Source: Acidobacteriota bacterium (GTDB lineage: Bacteria; Acidobacteriota; Aminicenantia; Aminicenantales; Aminicenantaceae). From it: a stretch of DNA of 46,150 bases. Every line of letters begins with the position of its first letter. The stretch's first letter is position 1. The notes under the pieces were generated by a model. That model did not search any database. It was given only the letters and a program-made list of their open reading frames with translations, and was not told the DNA's origin. This document shows, piece by piece, positions 35,039-44,794 of this stretch. The DNA lies in contig JAHIPL010000132.1 in assembly GCA_018894615.1 (NCBI GenBank), positions 1 to 46,150 of the forward strand. The letters run 5' to 3'. The translations under genes and the position numbers were made by a program.

Positions 35039-36926
35039 TAAGCTATTGGATTCCATTGACGATCCGAAAGATCTGAAAAAATTGTCCATCAAGGAATTGT
35101 CCCAGCTGAGCCGGGAGATTCGAAGCCAGATCATTGAGACCGTATCCAAAACAGGGGGGCATCTATCTTCCAATCTGGGAGTTGTGGAGATCACCTTGGC
35201 TCTTCATTTCGTGTTCAACGCTCCCGAGGATAAAATCATCTGGGATGTCGGACACCAGTGCTACACCCATAAAATCGTCACAGGCCGAAGGGATCGTTTT
35301 CCCGGTCTCCGCCAGTGCGACGGGTTGTGCGGGTTTCCCACCCGGAAAGAAAGCCCCTACGACGTCTACAACACGGGGCATGCATCCACCTCTCTGTCCG
35401 CCGCGCTGGGAATGGCTGTGGCCAGGGATCAGAAAGGGGAAAAACACGATGTGATCGCGGTGATCGGGGACGGCAGTCTGACCGGCGGCGTTTCCTGGGA
35501 AGCTTTGAATCAAATCGGCCATCTTCGGAAAAAAGTGATCATTGTCCTCAACTACAACGAGATGTCCATCTCCCTTAATGTGGGGGCGTTATCGAAATAC
35601 TTGAGCTATCTTGTGTCCGGACAGCACTATCTTCGTATGAAGGACACCGCCAAAACACTGCTCAAAGCCATTCCCGCGGTGGGATGGCCTTTGATCAAAG
35701 TAGCTCGGGCGGTTGAGGAAGCGGTGAAAAAGACCTTTTTCCCGGGCCTTGTCTTTGAGGAACTGGGGATTCGCTACATCGGTCCGGTTCAGGGGCACAG
35801 CCTCCGGTCTTTGATGGAGGTCTTTGAAGATGCCCGAAAATACGACGGCCCGGTCCTGATCCTGTGTGTGACCAAAAAAGGGAAGGGATATTTACCTGCT
35901 CAGAACAAGCCCGCCACATTTCACAGCGCCCCGCCTTTTCATATTCCGACAGGTGAACCGAAATCCACCGACACCCGTCCGACTTTCTCCGGAATATTCG
36001 GCGACACCGTGCTGAAACTGGGGCGGAAGGATCCCTCAATCATCGCCATCACCGCGGCCATGCCGGATGGGACGGGATTGAAATCATTCGCCGAAGAGTT
36101 TCCCGACCGGTTTTATGATGTGGGGATTGCCGAACAGCATGCCGTCAATTTTGCGAGCGGGCTGAGTCTTGGGGGATTCAAACCGATTGTGGCGATCTAT
36201 TCCACCTTTTTGCAGCGGGCCTATGATCAACTCTACCACGATGTCTGCCTGATGGATATTCCACTTGTTTTTGCTTTGGATCGGGCGGGGATCGTTCCCG
36301 ATGACGGGCCTACCCATCAGGGAATCAATGACATCGTTTATCTGCGCCATCTTCCCAATATGATTGTCATGGCCCCCAAGGACGAAAATGAGCTGCGCCA
36401 CATGATTCGATCCGCCCTGGAATATGGGCACCCGACGGCCGTCCGTTTTCCCAAAGGCCGGGCTTTCGGCGTTGATTTGGATGAGAAGCTGGAAGTCCTT
36501 CCTCTCGGAAAGGCTGAGCTGCTGAAACCCGGGAAAAACCTGTTGCTCGCTTTTGGAAACATGGTTCAAGACTGTCTTCGAGCCGCGGATAGGCTGGAGG
36601 AGGAAGGAATCAGCCTGGCTGTGGTGAATGCTCGTTTCGCCCGCCCTCTGGACAGAGAGCTCATCCTCAGCTATGCCCAATCCGACCGGTTGATCATCAC
36701 GGCTGAAGAGGGAGTGACCGCGGGCGGCTTCGGCAGCGCCGTACGGGAGCTTCTGGATGAAGAAGCATGCGATGGAATCCGCTTCATGCAGATCGGGCTT
36801 CCCGTTGAAATCTATCCCGTCGGAAAGGTGGAGCAAATTAAACGGATGTACAGGCTGGATGTTGAGGGGCTTATCGACAGGATAAAAGCCTTCTGGGCTA
36901 AAGGAGAAAAAACGGGGGGATCGTGA
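35031..36926 (+). CDS. dxs: 1-deoxy-D-xylulose-5-phosphate synthase
   Basis: GGHLSSNLG, WDVGHQ, GDGSLTGG, IAEQHAV, DGPTHQG; start taken at ATG 35031. Confidence 0.97.
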   Translation: MNNKLLDSIDDPKDLKKLSIKELSQLSREIRSQIIETVSKTGGHLSSNLGVVEITLALHFVFNAPEDKIIWDVGHQCYTHKIVTGRRDRFPGLRQCDGLCGFPTRKESPYDVYNTGHASTSLSAALGMAVARDQKGEKHDVIAVIGDGSLTGGVSWEALNQIGHLRKKVIIVLNYNEMSISLNVGALSKYLSYLVSGQHYLRMKDTAKTLLKAIPAVGWPLIKVARAVEEAVKKTFFPGLVFEELGIRYIGPVQGHSLRSLMEVFEDARKYDGPVLILCVTKKGKGYLPAQNKPATFHSAPPFHIPTGEPKSTDTRPTFSGIFGDTVLKLGRKDPSIIAITAAMPDGTGLKSFAEEFPDRFYDVGIAEQHAVNFASGLSLGGFKPIVAIYSTFLQRAYDQLYHDVCLMDIPLVFALDRAGIVPDDGPTHQGINDIVYLRHLPNMIVMAPKDENELRHMIRSALEYGHPTAVRFPKGRAFGVDLDEKLEVLPLGKAELLKPGKNLLLAFGNMVQDCLRAADRLEEEGISLAVVNARFARPLDRELILSYAQSDRLIITAEEGVTAGGFGSAVRELLDEEACDGIRFMQIGLPVEIYPVGKVEQIKRMYRLDVEGLIDRIKAFWAKGEKTGGS

Positions 36927-36966
36927 TCCGGAGACGGAATCACGGCAATGCTTCCGGACCGATAAA

Positions 36967-37755
36967 ATGAAAGAAAGGGCGGACAGGCTTCTTGTCGAGC
37001 GGAATCTGGCTGAAAGCAGGCAGAAAGCCCAGGCGTTGATTCTGGCCGGCATGGTCTACGCGGATGATGTCAAGGTGGAAAAATCCGGGCAGCTCCTGTC
37101 GGTCGATAGATCCCTTCGAGTAAAGGAGTCCTTGCCTTATGTGGGGCGGGGGGGACTCAAGCTTGAGGGTGCTCTGGAATCATTCAAACTCTCCGTTTCA
37201 GGGAAAACGGCGGCGGACATCGGGGCGTCAACCGGGGGATTCACCGACTGTCTGCTTCAGCGCGGCGCTTCTTTTGTGTTTGCCGTCGATGTGGATACCC
37301 GTCAGCTTGACTGGAAACTCAGCCGGGATTCCCGCATTCAGAAGATTCAGAAAAATGCGCGCTACCTCACCTCCGGGGATTTCGACCGGCCTCTGGATAT
37401 CGTCGTGATGGATGTGTCGTTTATTTCCATTCTCAAGCTGCTTCCCGTTCTTAGGAATCTTGGTGAGGAAATAACCGTGGTTTCCCTTGTCAAGCCTCAG
37501 TTCGAAGTGGGCCGGGGCCAGGTGGGGAAAAGAGGGATTGTCAGAGATCCATCCTTGCATCGGAGTGTGCTGGCAAGCATAATAGAGAAAGCCGAACTTA
37601 TGGGATACGTCGTCCGGGATGTCGTTCCGTCACCCATCCGGGGCCAGAAGGGCAATCGGGAGTTTTTTATTCACTGGACGATGACGGGGGAGTCCCTAGA
37701 CTCCTCGACAGCTCAATCATTGATCAAGGAGGCCGTCAGGGATGATTCTGATTAA
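36967..37755 (+). CDS. tlyA: TlyA family rRNA 2'-O-methyltransferase
   Basis: S4 domain then RGGLKL, DIGASTGGFTD, DVSFIS, KPQFE, GNREF. Confidence 0.94.
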   Translation: MKERADRLLVERNLAESRQKAQALILAGMVYADDVKVEKSGQLLSVDRSLRVKESLPYVGRGGLKLEGALESFKLSVSGKTAADIGASTGGFTDCLLQRGASFVFAVDVDTRQLDWKLSRDSRIQKIQKNARYLTSGDFDRPLDIVVMDVSFISILKLLPVLRNLGEEITVVSLVKPQFEVGRGQVGKRGIVRDPSLHRSVLASIIEKAELMGYVVRDVVPSPIRGQKGNREFFIHWTMTGESLDSSTAQSLIKEAVRDDSD

Positions 37756-38587
37756 TCGGGTTGGATTTGTGATCAAACCCCACGCTCCGGACATCAAGCC
37801 GGTTCTGGACGAGGCCATTCAATACTGCCGCGCAAAAGGACTGGAATGTGTTCTCGAGAAAGATGCGGCGCGCATTCTGGGCGAGAGGGACGGAGTTCCC
37901 CGGGAGCTGCTTCCGGGTCAGGTGGACGTACTCATCGTCCTCGGAGGAGACGGCACTCTCCTCAGCGTTTCTCACCTGGCCGCCAAAAACGGGATTCCCG
38001 TGATCGGTATCAACATGGGAAGCCTTGGATTTTTGACGGAGGTGCCTCTCAATGAAATGAGACAGACCATCGATTCTTTTCTTGATGGCAATCCTCACAT
38101 CAGGAATCCCAGGCAGATGCTTGAAGTCGTTTGCAGGGGGAAAACCTATGACTGCCTGAATGATGTCGTCATCAACAAAGGGGCGCTGGCTCGGATGATC
38201 CAGTGCATCATCCGCATCGACGGTGAAGAAATCGCCCGTCTTCGTGCGGACGGCTTGATCATCTCCACCCCTACGGGATCGACGGCGTATTCCCTCTCGG
38301 CAGGAGGTCCCATTGTCCACCCCTCCATCCCGGCCATTATCATCGCACCGATCTGTCCGCATACTCTGACCTTCCGTCCCATGGTGATATCCTCCGCTTC
38401 CGAAGTCCGGGTCCAGCTTCAAAACGAGAGTGAAGAGGTTTATCTGACCATCGACGGGCAGCGGGGGGGACAAATGAATGAACAGGACGAAATTATTATC
38501 CGAAAGAGCCCGCTGGTTCTCACTCTCATTTCTTCTCCGAAAAGGAACTATTTTGATCTCCTCCACGATAAACTCGGATGGGGGTAG
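37742..38587 (+). CDS. nadK: NAD kinase
   Basis: LGGDGT, GSLGFL, NDVV, DGLIISTPTGSTAYSLSAGG. Confidence 0.96.
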   Translation: MILINRVGFVIKPHAPDIKPVLDEAIQYCRAKGLECVLEKDAARILGERDGVPRELLPGQVDVLIVLGGDGTLLSVSHLAAKNGIPVIGINMGSLGFLTEVPLNEMRQTIDSFLDGNPHIRNPRQMLEVVCRGKTYDCLNDVVINKGALARMIQCIIRIDGEEIARLRADGLIISTPTGSTAYSLSAGGPIVHPSIPAIIIAPICPHTLTFRPMVISSASEVRVQLQNESEEVYLTIDGQRGGQMNEQDEIIIRKSPLVLTLISSPKRNYFDLLHDKLGWG

Positions 38588-38592
38588 CATGA

Positions 38593-38621
38593 TTGACTTT
38601 GGCCGGATGCGATATTAAAAT
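38593..38621 (+). promoter_or_regulatory. Sigma70-type promoter for trxA-trxB
   Basis: TTGACT-17 bp-TAAAAT. Confidence 0.65.
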
Positions 38622-38704
38622 AATCATTTCCTTTTCGGGGAAAAAACCCATGGGATGGATCCGAAATGGGAAATCAGCAAATTTTAATGAATGAGGAGGC
38701 CCTT

Positions 38705-39031
38705 GTGGCGAAAAATCTTTCAGTTATTACGGAACAGGATTTTGAAGATGTGGTCATTAAATCCGATCTTCCCATTCTGGTAGATTTTTGGGCGGCTTGG
38801 TGCGGCCCCTGCCAAATGATCACGCCATCCCTGGAAAACATCGCTCAGAGATATATAGATACACTCAAAGTTGTTAAAGTGAATGTGGATGACAGCCAGA
38901 CGGTTGCCGCCAGATACGGGATCATGAGCATTCCGACTCTCCTTCTTTTCAAAGATGGAGAAGTGAAAGAGACCATCGTCGGCGCTCTTCCTCAGGATAA
39001 AATCGAGGAAAAAATAAAAAAACACCTATGA
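38705..39031 (+). CDS. trxA: Thioredoxin
   Basis: VDFWAAWCGPC, SIPTL; GTG 38705 after GAGGAGG. Confidence 0.96.
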   Translation: MAKNLSVITEQDFEDVVIKSDLPILVDFWAAWCGPCQMITPSLENIAQRYIDTLKVVKVNVDDSQTVAARYGIMSIPTLLLFKDGEVKETIVGALPQDKIEEKIKKHL

Positions 39032-39954
39032 CTGAACTGCAGGATGTCATCATCATCGGTGCCGGGCCCGCCGGAATGTCGGCCGCCATATACACCGGAC
39101 GCGGCCGACTGAAAACCCTGGTGATCGAAAAAGGCATGCCGGGAGGACAGATACTGACTTCGGATTGGATCGAGAATTATCCCGGTTTCCCGGAAGGTAT
39201 TTCGCCCTTTCAGTTGATGCAGGATTTCCGAAAGCAGGCGGAAACGTTTGGAGCCGAAATCCTGACCGATTATGTCAAATCGATTGAACAATCCGATGAA
39301 GGATGGAGCATCGTCTGTCAGAATCAAACCTATACAGGCCGGACAGCCATCATTTGCACGGGATCCGATTATAAGAAACTGAAAATCCCGGGGGAAGCCG
39401 AACTGACGGGAAGGGGCGTTTCCTATTGCGCCACCTGTGATGCCGCGTTCTTCAAGGAAAAGGATATCGCTGTTGTAGGCGGCGGCGACAATGCCCTGAA
39501 AGAAGCTATTTTTTTGGCCAAATTCGGAAAATCCCTGAAAGTGATCCATCGAAGGGATCAGCTGAGGGGGGAAAAAATACTGCAGGAAAGGGTGTTTGCC
39601 CACGAGAAGATAGATGTTCTTTGGGATACGGTGATTGAAAAAATCAACGGAACAGACAAACTGGAGTCCCTGACCCTTAAGAATGTGAAAGATGCGTCTC
39701 TCAGCGAACTGAAGTTGGATGGGTTGTTTGTTTCTATTGGAACCCTTCCTAATACCGGCTTTGTGTTAAACATCGTCGACCTCGACAGATGGGGTGCGAT
39801 CAAGGTTGACGGGGAGATGAGGACATCAAGGGAGGGCCTGTATGCGGCCGGGGATGTCTCAAGTGCCTGCCCCAAACAGGTGGCGACAGCCGTCGGCAGC
39901 GGTGTCCATGCCGCTCTCTCTGTGACGGAATATCTCCAGAGTCTCGGAATCTGA
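39028..39954 (+). CDS. trxB: Thioredoxin reductase
   Basis: GAGPAG, SYCATCD, GGGDNA, HRRDQLR, AAGDV; ATGA overlap with trxA. Confidence 0.96.
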   Translation: MTELQDVIIIGAGPAGMSAAIYTGRGRLKTLVIEKGMPGGQILTSDWIENYPGFPEGISPFQLMQDFRKQAETFGAEILTDYVKSIEQSDEGWSIVCQNQTYTGRTAIICTGSDYKKLKIPGEAELTGRGVSYCATCDAAFFKEKDIAVVGGGDNALKEAIFLAKFGKSLKVIHRRDQLRGEKILQERVFAHEKIDVLWDTVIEKINGTDKLESLTLKNVKDASLSELKLDGLFVSIGTLPNTGFVLNIVDLDRWGAIKVDGEMRTSREGLYAAGDVSSACPKQVATAVGSGVHAALSVTEYLQSLGI

Positions 39955-39979
39955 AAAACAAGCCGCAGCCCGATATTCC

Positions 39980-40019
39980 GCCGGCACGGCCGAAAAAAAT
40001 CACCCTGAACCGTGCCGGC
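39980..40019. terminator. Inverted repeat between convergent trxB and comEA; possible terminator
   Basis: GCCGGCACGG/CCGTGCCGGC 10-bp stem with a 20-nt loop; no clear U-tract. Confidence 0.35.
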
Positions 40020-40030
40020 ACAGGATTGTT

Positions 40031-40357
40031 CTACTTTTTCCCTTCCCCCTCTCCGGACGCTGCGACCGTGATTCTGTCCTTGAGTTGAAGGAAAACCTTC
40101 TCCCCGATTCCTTTGACCTTCATCAGGTCTTCGATTCTTTTAAAGGGCCCGTTCTTTTTTCGAAAATCGATAATTCTTTCGGCGATCTTTTCACCGATTC
40201 GCGGAAGGCTCTGCAGCTCCGCCGCGGGGGCCGTGTTGATGTTGATTTTTGTCACTTGTTTTCCACTCTGTGCGGCGGCCGGAACGGCCGCTGCTGAGCC
40301 CAGGGCAAGGATAAAAACCAGACAGGTGAGAATGATTCGAATGCTTTTTCTGTTCAT
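40031..40357 (-). CDS. comEA: ComEA-like helix-hairpin-helix DNA-binding protein with signal peptide
   Basis: ININTA, LPRIGEKIAERII, MKVKGIGEK; hydrophobic N-terminus; AGGAGG RBS. Confidence 0.9.
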   Translation of the reverse strand: MNRKSIRIILTCLVFILALGSAAAVPAAAQSGKQVTKININTAPAAELQSLPRIGEKIAERIIDFRKKNGPFKRIEDLMKVKGIGEKVFLQLKDRITVAASGEGEGKK

Positions 40358-40379
40358 GAGTACCTCCTGTTCACCCTAT

Positions 40380-40395
40380 TGCAAGACATGGGCCA
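40380..40395 (-). promoter_or_regulatory. Sigma54 (-24/-12) promoter of comEA
   Basis: Minus strand TGGCCCATGTCTTGCA: GG-N10-GC spacing, close to the TGGCACGNNNNTTGCW consensus. Confidence 0.65.
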
Positions 40396-40411
40396 GGTGG
40401 TTTGAAAGTCA

Positions 40412-40424
40412 TAAGAGGTTGATA
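40412..40424 (-). promoter_or_regulatory. IHF binding site
   Basis: TATCAACCTCTTA is an exact match to WATCAANNNNTTR, just upstream of the -24 element. Confidence 0.6.
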
Positions 40425-40469
40425 TAAATGATGATAGGAGATATCAGGTGGTCGCGGTATGAATATATC

Positions 40470-40500
40470 CGTTGACCGACTTCCTTTTTGCATGTCAACG
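40470..40500. promoter_or_regulatory. Palindrome; candidate enhancer (UAS) for a sigma54 activator
   Basis: CGTTGAC-N17-GTCAACG, about 100-130 bp upstream of the predicted comEA start site. Confidence 0.45.
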
Positions 40501-40522
40501 AAAGGGAACGTCTGAATGGTGA

Positions 40523-41407
40523 TTAGGATCGGGGAAAGTTTTTTTTGTAGACGGAAAGCAGCTGTTTGAGATCCATGTGGGTGTATTTCTGTGTGGTGGC
40601 GAGGCTTTCATGGCCCAGCAGCTCCTGAATAATGCGCAGGTCGGCCCCCCGGCTGAGAAGATGGGAGGCGAAGGAATGACGAAGGGAGTGCGGGCTGATT
40701 TTGCGCCGAAGGGATGTCCTGTCGATGTATTTGTCCACGATCCGCTCGATGGACCGGGTGGTCAGCCGCTCCCCTCTGTAGTTGAGGAAGACCGCCCTGT
40801 CATCGATTTGACCGTTGTGCATGGATATCCGGACTTTTAGATACCGCTGCAGGCTTGTCCTGGCCATGGATCCGAAAGGAAGAAGCCGCTCCTTTTTCCC
40901 TTTTCCCATGACTCGGATGATCTCTTCAGAAAAACTGATATCTTCCAGATTGATACCCACAAGTTCACTGACGCGAATGCCGGTAGCGTACAGCAGCTCG
41001 AGGATGGCCTTGTCCCGCACGCGGATGGGCTCGTTTCCCTGCGGCAGATCCAGAAATTCCGCCATTTCATCCTCCGACAGGAAAACCGGCACGTTTTTCG
41101 GCTGTTTGGGAGTAGCCAAAATTTTGGCCGGATTTTCGCTCACCCAGCGGCGGTGGAGGCTGTACTGGAAAAATGAGCGAACAGCAGCCAGTTTTCTGGC
41201 GATGGTCGATTTTTTTTTCTTCTGTTCCACCAGCGAGGCCAGAAATCCCCGGAGGATGATGTGGTCGATCTGCCGGAAGGAGATGTTTTTCTCCTCCAGA
41301 TAACCGGCCAGCTGAAGCAGATCCCTCCGGTAGTTGTCGATGGTATGGGGTGATGCGTTCCGCTCATGTCGGAGGTGAGCCATGTACTGATCGATCTCTT
41401 GTTTCAT
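40523..41407 (-). CDS. xerC: Tyrosine recombinase XerC
   Basis: ATGIRVSEL, GKGKKER, HSLRHSFASH, LGHESLATTQKY; after topA. Confidence 0.92.
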   Translation of the reverse strand: MKQEIDQYMAHLRHERNASPHTIDNYRRDLLQLAGYLEEKNISFRQIDHIILRGFLASLVEQKKKKSTIARKLAAVRSFFQYSLHRRWVSENPAKILATPKQPKNVPVFLSEDEMAEFLDLPQGNEPIRVRDKAILELLYATGIRVSELVGINLEDISFSEEIIRVMGKGKKERLLPFGSMARTSLQRYLKVRISMHNGQIDDRAVFLNYRGERLTTRSIERIVDKYIDRTSLRRKISPHSLRHSFASHLLSRGADLRIIQELLGHESLATTQKYTHMDLKQLLSVYKKNFPRS

Positions 41408-41480
41408 GGGATGTCGGTCTCTCCGCCTCTCTCTCCATTATAGCGCATATAAATGCGGAATGGCGAAGGAGTGACCGGCC

Positions 41481-43691
41481 CTATTCCTCAGGGGCGTCTT
41501 CCTTGTAATCACATTCCTCGTTTCCGCAGTAAATGGAGACCGGTTCTTTGGCCCGGGTTTTTTTCAGGAGAAATGGCCGGCCGCATTTGGGACAGGGTTT
41601 GTTCTGCGGGTCATCCCAGGTCGCGTACTTGCATTTGGGAAACCGGCTGCATCCATAGAACAGTTTTCCCCGCCGCGTTTTTCTATGAATCAGTGTTCCT
41701 TCGCAGCCGTTGTTGGGACAGGAAATGCCGGTATCCTTCGCTTCTTTTTTAATGTATTTGCATTCGGGATAATTGGAACAGGCGACAAAAGCCCCGAATT
41801 TTCCCTGTCGCTCGACCATCTGAGATCCGCATTCGGGGCAGGTTTCCTCCAGCGGTTTGCTTTCCTTTTTGATCATGCTCTGCTTGTAACTGCAGTCGGG
41901 ATACCCGGTGCACGCCTTGAATCGCCCGTACCGGCCTTCCTTGATGACCAACTGCTTTCCGCATTCCGGACAATTTTCCTCGGCCGGAATCCCCTGGGGT
42001 TTGATGCTGTCCTTCTGCATCGCCTTCTCCAGGTCCTGGTCGAGGAGGCCGTAATAGGTTTTGAGATACTCCTGCCAGTTTGTCTGTCCTTCGGCGATCG
42101 TGTCGAGAGCTTCCTCCAAGCGGGCGGTGAATTTGAATTCCATCAGATCGGGGAAGTTTTCGACCAGATAATCATTGACGAACAATCCCAAATCGGTGGG
42201 AATAAATTTTCCCTGGTCTTTGATGACATACACTCTCCCCTGAATAGTGGAAATGATGGGGGCGTAGGTGCTGGGACGGCCGATACCCCGTGCTTCCAGC
42301 TCTTTGACGAGGGTGCCTTCGGTGTACCGGGGCGGGGGTTGGGTGAAATGCTGTTTCGGATCAAGCTTCAGGAGCTTCAGGGTTTCGCCCTTTACCCCCA
42401 GTGGAAGTATTTTCCCCTCTCCGTCCTTTCTTGAAAACAGTCGCATGAATCCGTCGAACCGGATCACTTCCCCCTTGGACTTAAAAAGGAAGCGCCCGGC
42501 CCGAATATCGAATTCGGTCTCTTCGATTTTTGCAGCGCTCATCTGGGATGCCATAAAGCGGTTCCAGATCAGGGTGTAGAGGAACAGTTCATCTTTGTTG
42601 AGATAGGATTGAACGGCGTCGGGAGGGAGATTGAAGGATGTGGGCCGAATGGCCTCATGGGCATCCTGTGCCTTTTTTTTGTTTTTATAGAAACGTGGGG
42701 ATTTGGGCACATACTCCTGCCCGTACTTTTCGAGGATGGCGGCTCGCGCGGCCTCCAGGGCATCCTGTGAGATACGCACGGAATCCGTACGCATGTAGGT
42801 GATGAGGCCTTCCAGGCCGCGCTCTCCGATTTCTTTTCCTTCATAAAGCTTTTGAGCCAGGAGCATGGTTTTTCTCACGGAAAAACGTTTCGTTCGGAAA
42901 GCCTCCTGTTGAAGGGTGCTCGTGATATGGGGCGGAGGCGGGGTTTTTGTCTTGATCTTGACCTGGATGTCATCCAGAATAAAGGGCTGATTCTTCAGCT
43001 CTTCGACGATGGAGAGAGCCTGCTCTTCCTTTTCCAGATGGATCTTCTTGTTTTCGATTTTGACGAGAGAGGCATCGAACGGCGGCGGCACGGCGGCCTC
43101 GAGTGAAGCCGTGATTGACCAGTACTCCTCCTGAACAAAGGCTTTGATTTCCTTTTCGCGCTCGCAGATCAGCCGGACGGCGATGGACTGCACCCGTCCC
43201 GCGCTCAGTCCTCGTCCGACTTTTTTCCACAGGAGAGGGCTGATGAGATAGCCGACCAGCCTGTCGATAATGCGCCGCGTCTGCTGGGCGTTAAATTTAT
43301 CCTCATCGATGTGACGGGAATGCCGCAGGGCTTCGGTGATGGCGTTTATTGTGATTTCATTGAATAGAATTCTAAAAATATTAGGATTATATTTTTCCAG
43401 CACCTGCTTCAGATGCCAGCAGATGGCCTCACCCTCCCTGTCCGGGTCCGCGGCAAGAAGGACTCGGTCCACCTTCCCGGCCGCTTTCTGCAGTTCGCCG
43501 ACGACATTTTTTCGCCCGGGGATGAGTTGGTATTGGCTTTTAAACTTGTCTTCAACATCGACTCCCAGCTTTGTTTTCGGAAGATCCCGGATATGACCCA
43601 TGGAAGCCTTCACGATATAGTCTTTTCCGAGATAGCGGTTGATGGTTTTTGCTTTGGCGGGGGATTCGACGATCACCAGGGTTTTTGGCAT
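41481..43691 (-). CDS. topA: DNA topoisomerase I
   Basis: IVESPAKAKTI, DPDREGE, SAGRVQS, ITYMRTDS, GIGRPSTY, four C-terminal Zn ribbons. Confidence 0.98.
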   Translation of the reverse strand: MPKTLVIVESPAKAKTINRYLGKDYIVKASMGHIRDLPKTKLGVDVEDKFKSQYQLIPGRKNVVGELQKAAGKVDRVLLAADPDREGEAICWHLKQVLEKYNPNIFRILFNEITINAITEALRHSRHIDEDKFNAQQTRRIIDRLVGYLISPLLWKKVGRGLSAGRVQSIAVRLICEREKEIKAFVQEEYWSITASLEAAVPPPFDASLVKIENKKIHLEKEEQALSIVEELKNQPFILDDIQVKIKTKTPPPPHITSTLQQEAFRTKRFSVRKTMLLAQKLYEGKEIGERGLEGLITYMRTDSVRISQDALEAARAAILEKYGQEYVPKSPRFYKNKKKAQDAHEAIRPTSFNLPPDAVQSYLNKDELFLYTLIWNRFMASQMSAAKIEETEFDIRAGRFLFKSKGEVIRFDGFMRLFSRKDGEGKILPLGVKGETLKLLKLDPKQHFTQPPPRYTEGTLVKELEARGIGRPSTYAPIISTIQGRVYVIKDQGKFIPTDLGLFVNDYLVENFPDLMEFKFTARLEEALDTIAEGQTNWQEYLKTYYGLLDQDLEKAMQKDSIKPQGIPAEENCPECGKQLVIKEGRYGRFKACTGYPDCSYKQSMIKKESKPLEETCPECGSQMVERQGKFGAFVACSNYPECKYIKKEAKDTGISCPNNGCEGTLIHRKTRRGKLFYGCSRFPKCKYATWDDPQNKPCPKCGRPFLLKKTRAKEPVSIYCGNEECDYKEDAPEE

Positions 43692-44794
43692 TACAATTTC
43701 CTCTGATAGAATTTTCCGGGGCGTTGAAAGACGAGGTCTTTGAGTTCGAGGTGGAGCAGCGCGGACAACACCTCCGGAACGGACATGCGGCTGACTGTGA
43801 CCAGTTCATCCACGTGAACAAGGGCATCCGGTTTCAAAAGGGAGAAGAGGCTCTGTTCGGTCCCGGTGAGCCGAACGGGAGAGGCATCGTCGAGCGTGTC
43901 TTCAAAAAGGAATTCCTGCTGGATCTCCCGGGGAAGCTCTTCCACGACATCCCTCCAGGACTGAACGGGCTTGGCTCCGAGTTTGAGAAGAGTGTTGGTC
44001 CCTTGGCTGGATTTGGATGTGATATTTCCGGGGATCGCCATCACTTCCCTGTTCTGTTCCAGCGCGAGATCGGCCGTAATCAGTGAGCCGCTTTTTTCTG
44101 CCGCCTCCGTGACCACCACCACTCGCGAAAGGCCGCTGATGATGCGGTTTCTCTGAGGAAAATGATGCCGGAGGGGAGGGGATGAGAAAGGGTATTCGGA
44201 GACCACCGCGCCTCTCTGCAGAATGGTGCGAAAGAGACCGGCGTTTTCTTTGGGATATACGGTTCCCAATCCGGATCCAAGCACGGCGACTGTTTGTCCT
44301 CCTTTTACGGCGCCCCAGTGAGCGATGGAATCGATGCCGCGGGCCAGTCCGCTGACAATGACGACCCCCCTGCGGGCCAGATTGCGGGCCAGTTGTTCGG
44401 TCACCGAACGTCCGTAGGGTGACGGCCGGCGCGTGCCTACGATGGCTACGCCCAGGCTGTTGACGGCCTCAATCTTTCCGGCACAATACAGGACAAGCGG
44501 GGGATTGTCAATTTCTCGCAAGACACGCGGATATTCCGGGTCTTTTAAAAGTAACGCAGTATATCCTTTTTTATGCAGCCATTCAATTTCTTTTTTTGCT
44601 TTTTCCTGCAGATTTCCTGAACGGATGACCGCCGTCTTTTCTGAGTCAAAACCAAGCTTATGTATTTTTTCCTCTGGACATTTGAAAAAATCCGACAGAT
44701 GGGGAAAAGCCTTGCGGATGGTGTCGATCAGATAGTGATTTTCACAGAGGAGGATGCTCAGGGCGATTGAGTCGATCCGCTCCTGAGCCTCCAT
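43691..44794 (-). CDS. dprA: DNA-processing protein DprA
   Basis: AIVGTRRPS, VSGLARGID, FPQRNRIISGLS, EAAEKSGSLITA, C-terminal winged helix. Confidence 0.95.
   Translation of the reverse strand: MEAQERIDSIALSILLCENHYLIDTIRKAFPHLSDFFKCPEEKIHKLGFDSEKTAVIRSGNLQEKAKKEIEWLHKKGYTALLLKDPEYPRVLREIDNPPLVLYCAGKIEAVNSLGVAIVGTRRPSPYGRSVTEQLARNLARRGVVIVSGLARGIDSIAHWGAVKGGQTVAVLGSGLGTVYPKENAGLFRTILQRGAVVSEYPFSSPPLRHHFPQRNRIISGLSRVVVVTEAAEKSGSLITADLALEQNREVMAIPGNITSKSSQGTNTLLKLGAKPVQSWRDVVEELPREIQQEFLFEDTLDDASPVRLTGTEQSLFSLLKPDALVHVDELVTVSRMSVPEVLSALLHLELKDLVFQRPGKFYQRKL

Noticed and set aside
32475-38587. The xseA-xseB-ispA-dxs-tlyA-nadK cluster lacks the argR-recN that often follows it
   Set aside because: This gene order varies widely between phyla; absence from one window says nothing about the genome
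40523-41407. Tyrosine recombinase as a possible integrase of a mobile element
   Set aside because: The sequence and the dprA-topA-xerC context are those of housekeeping XerC; no att repeats or cargo genes seen
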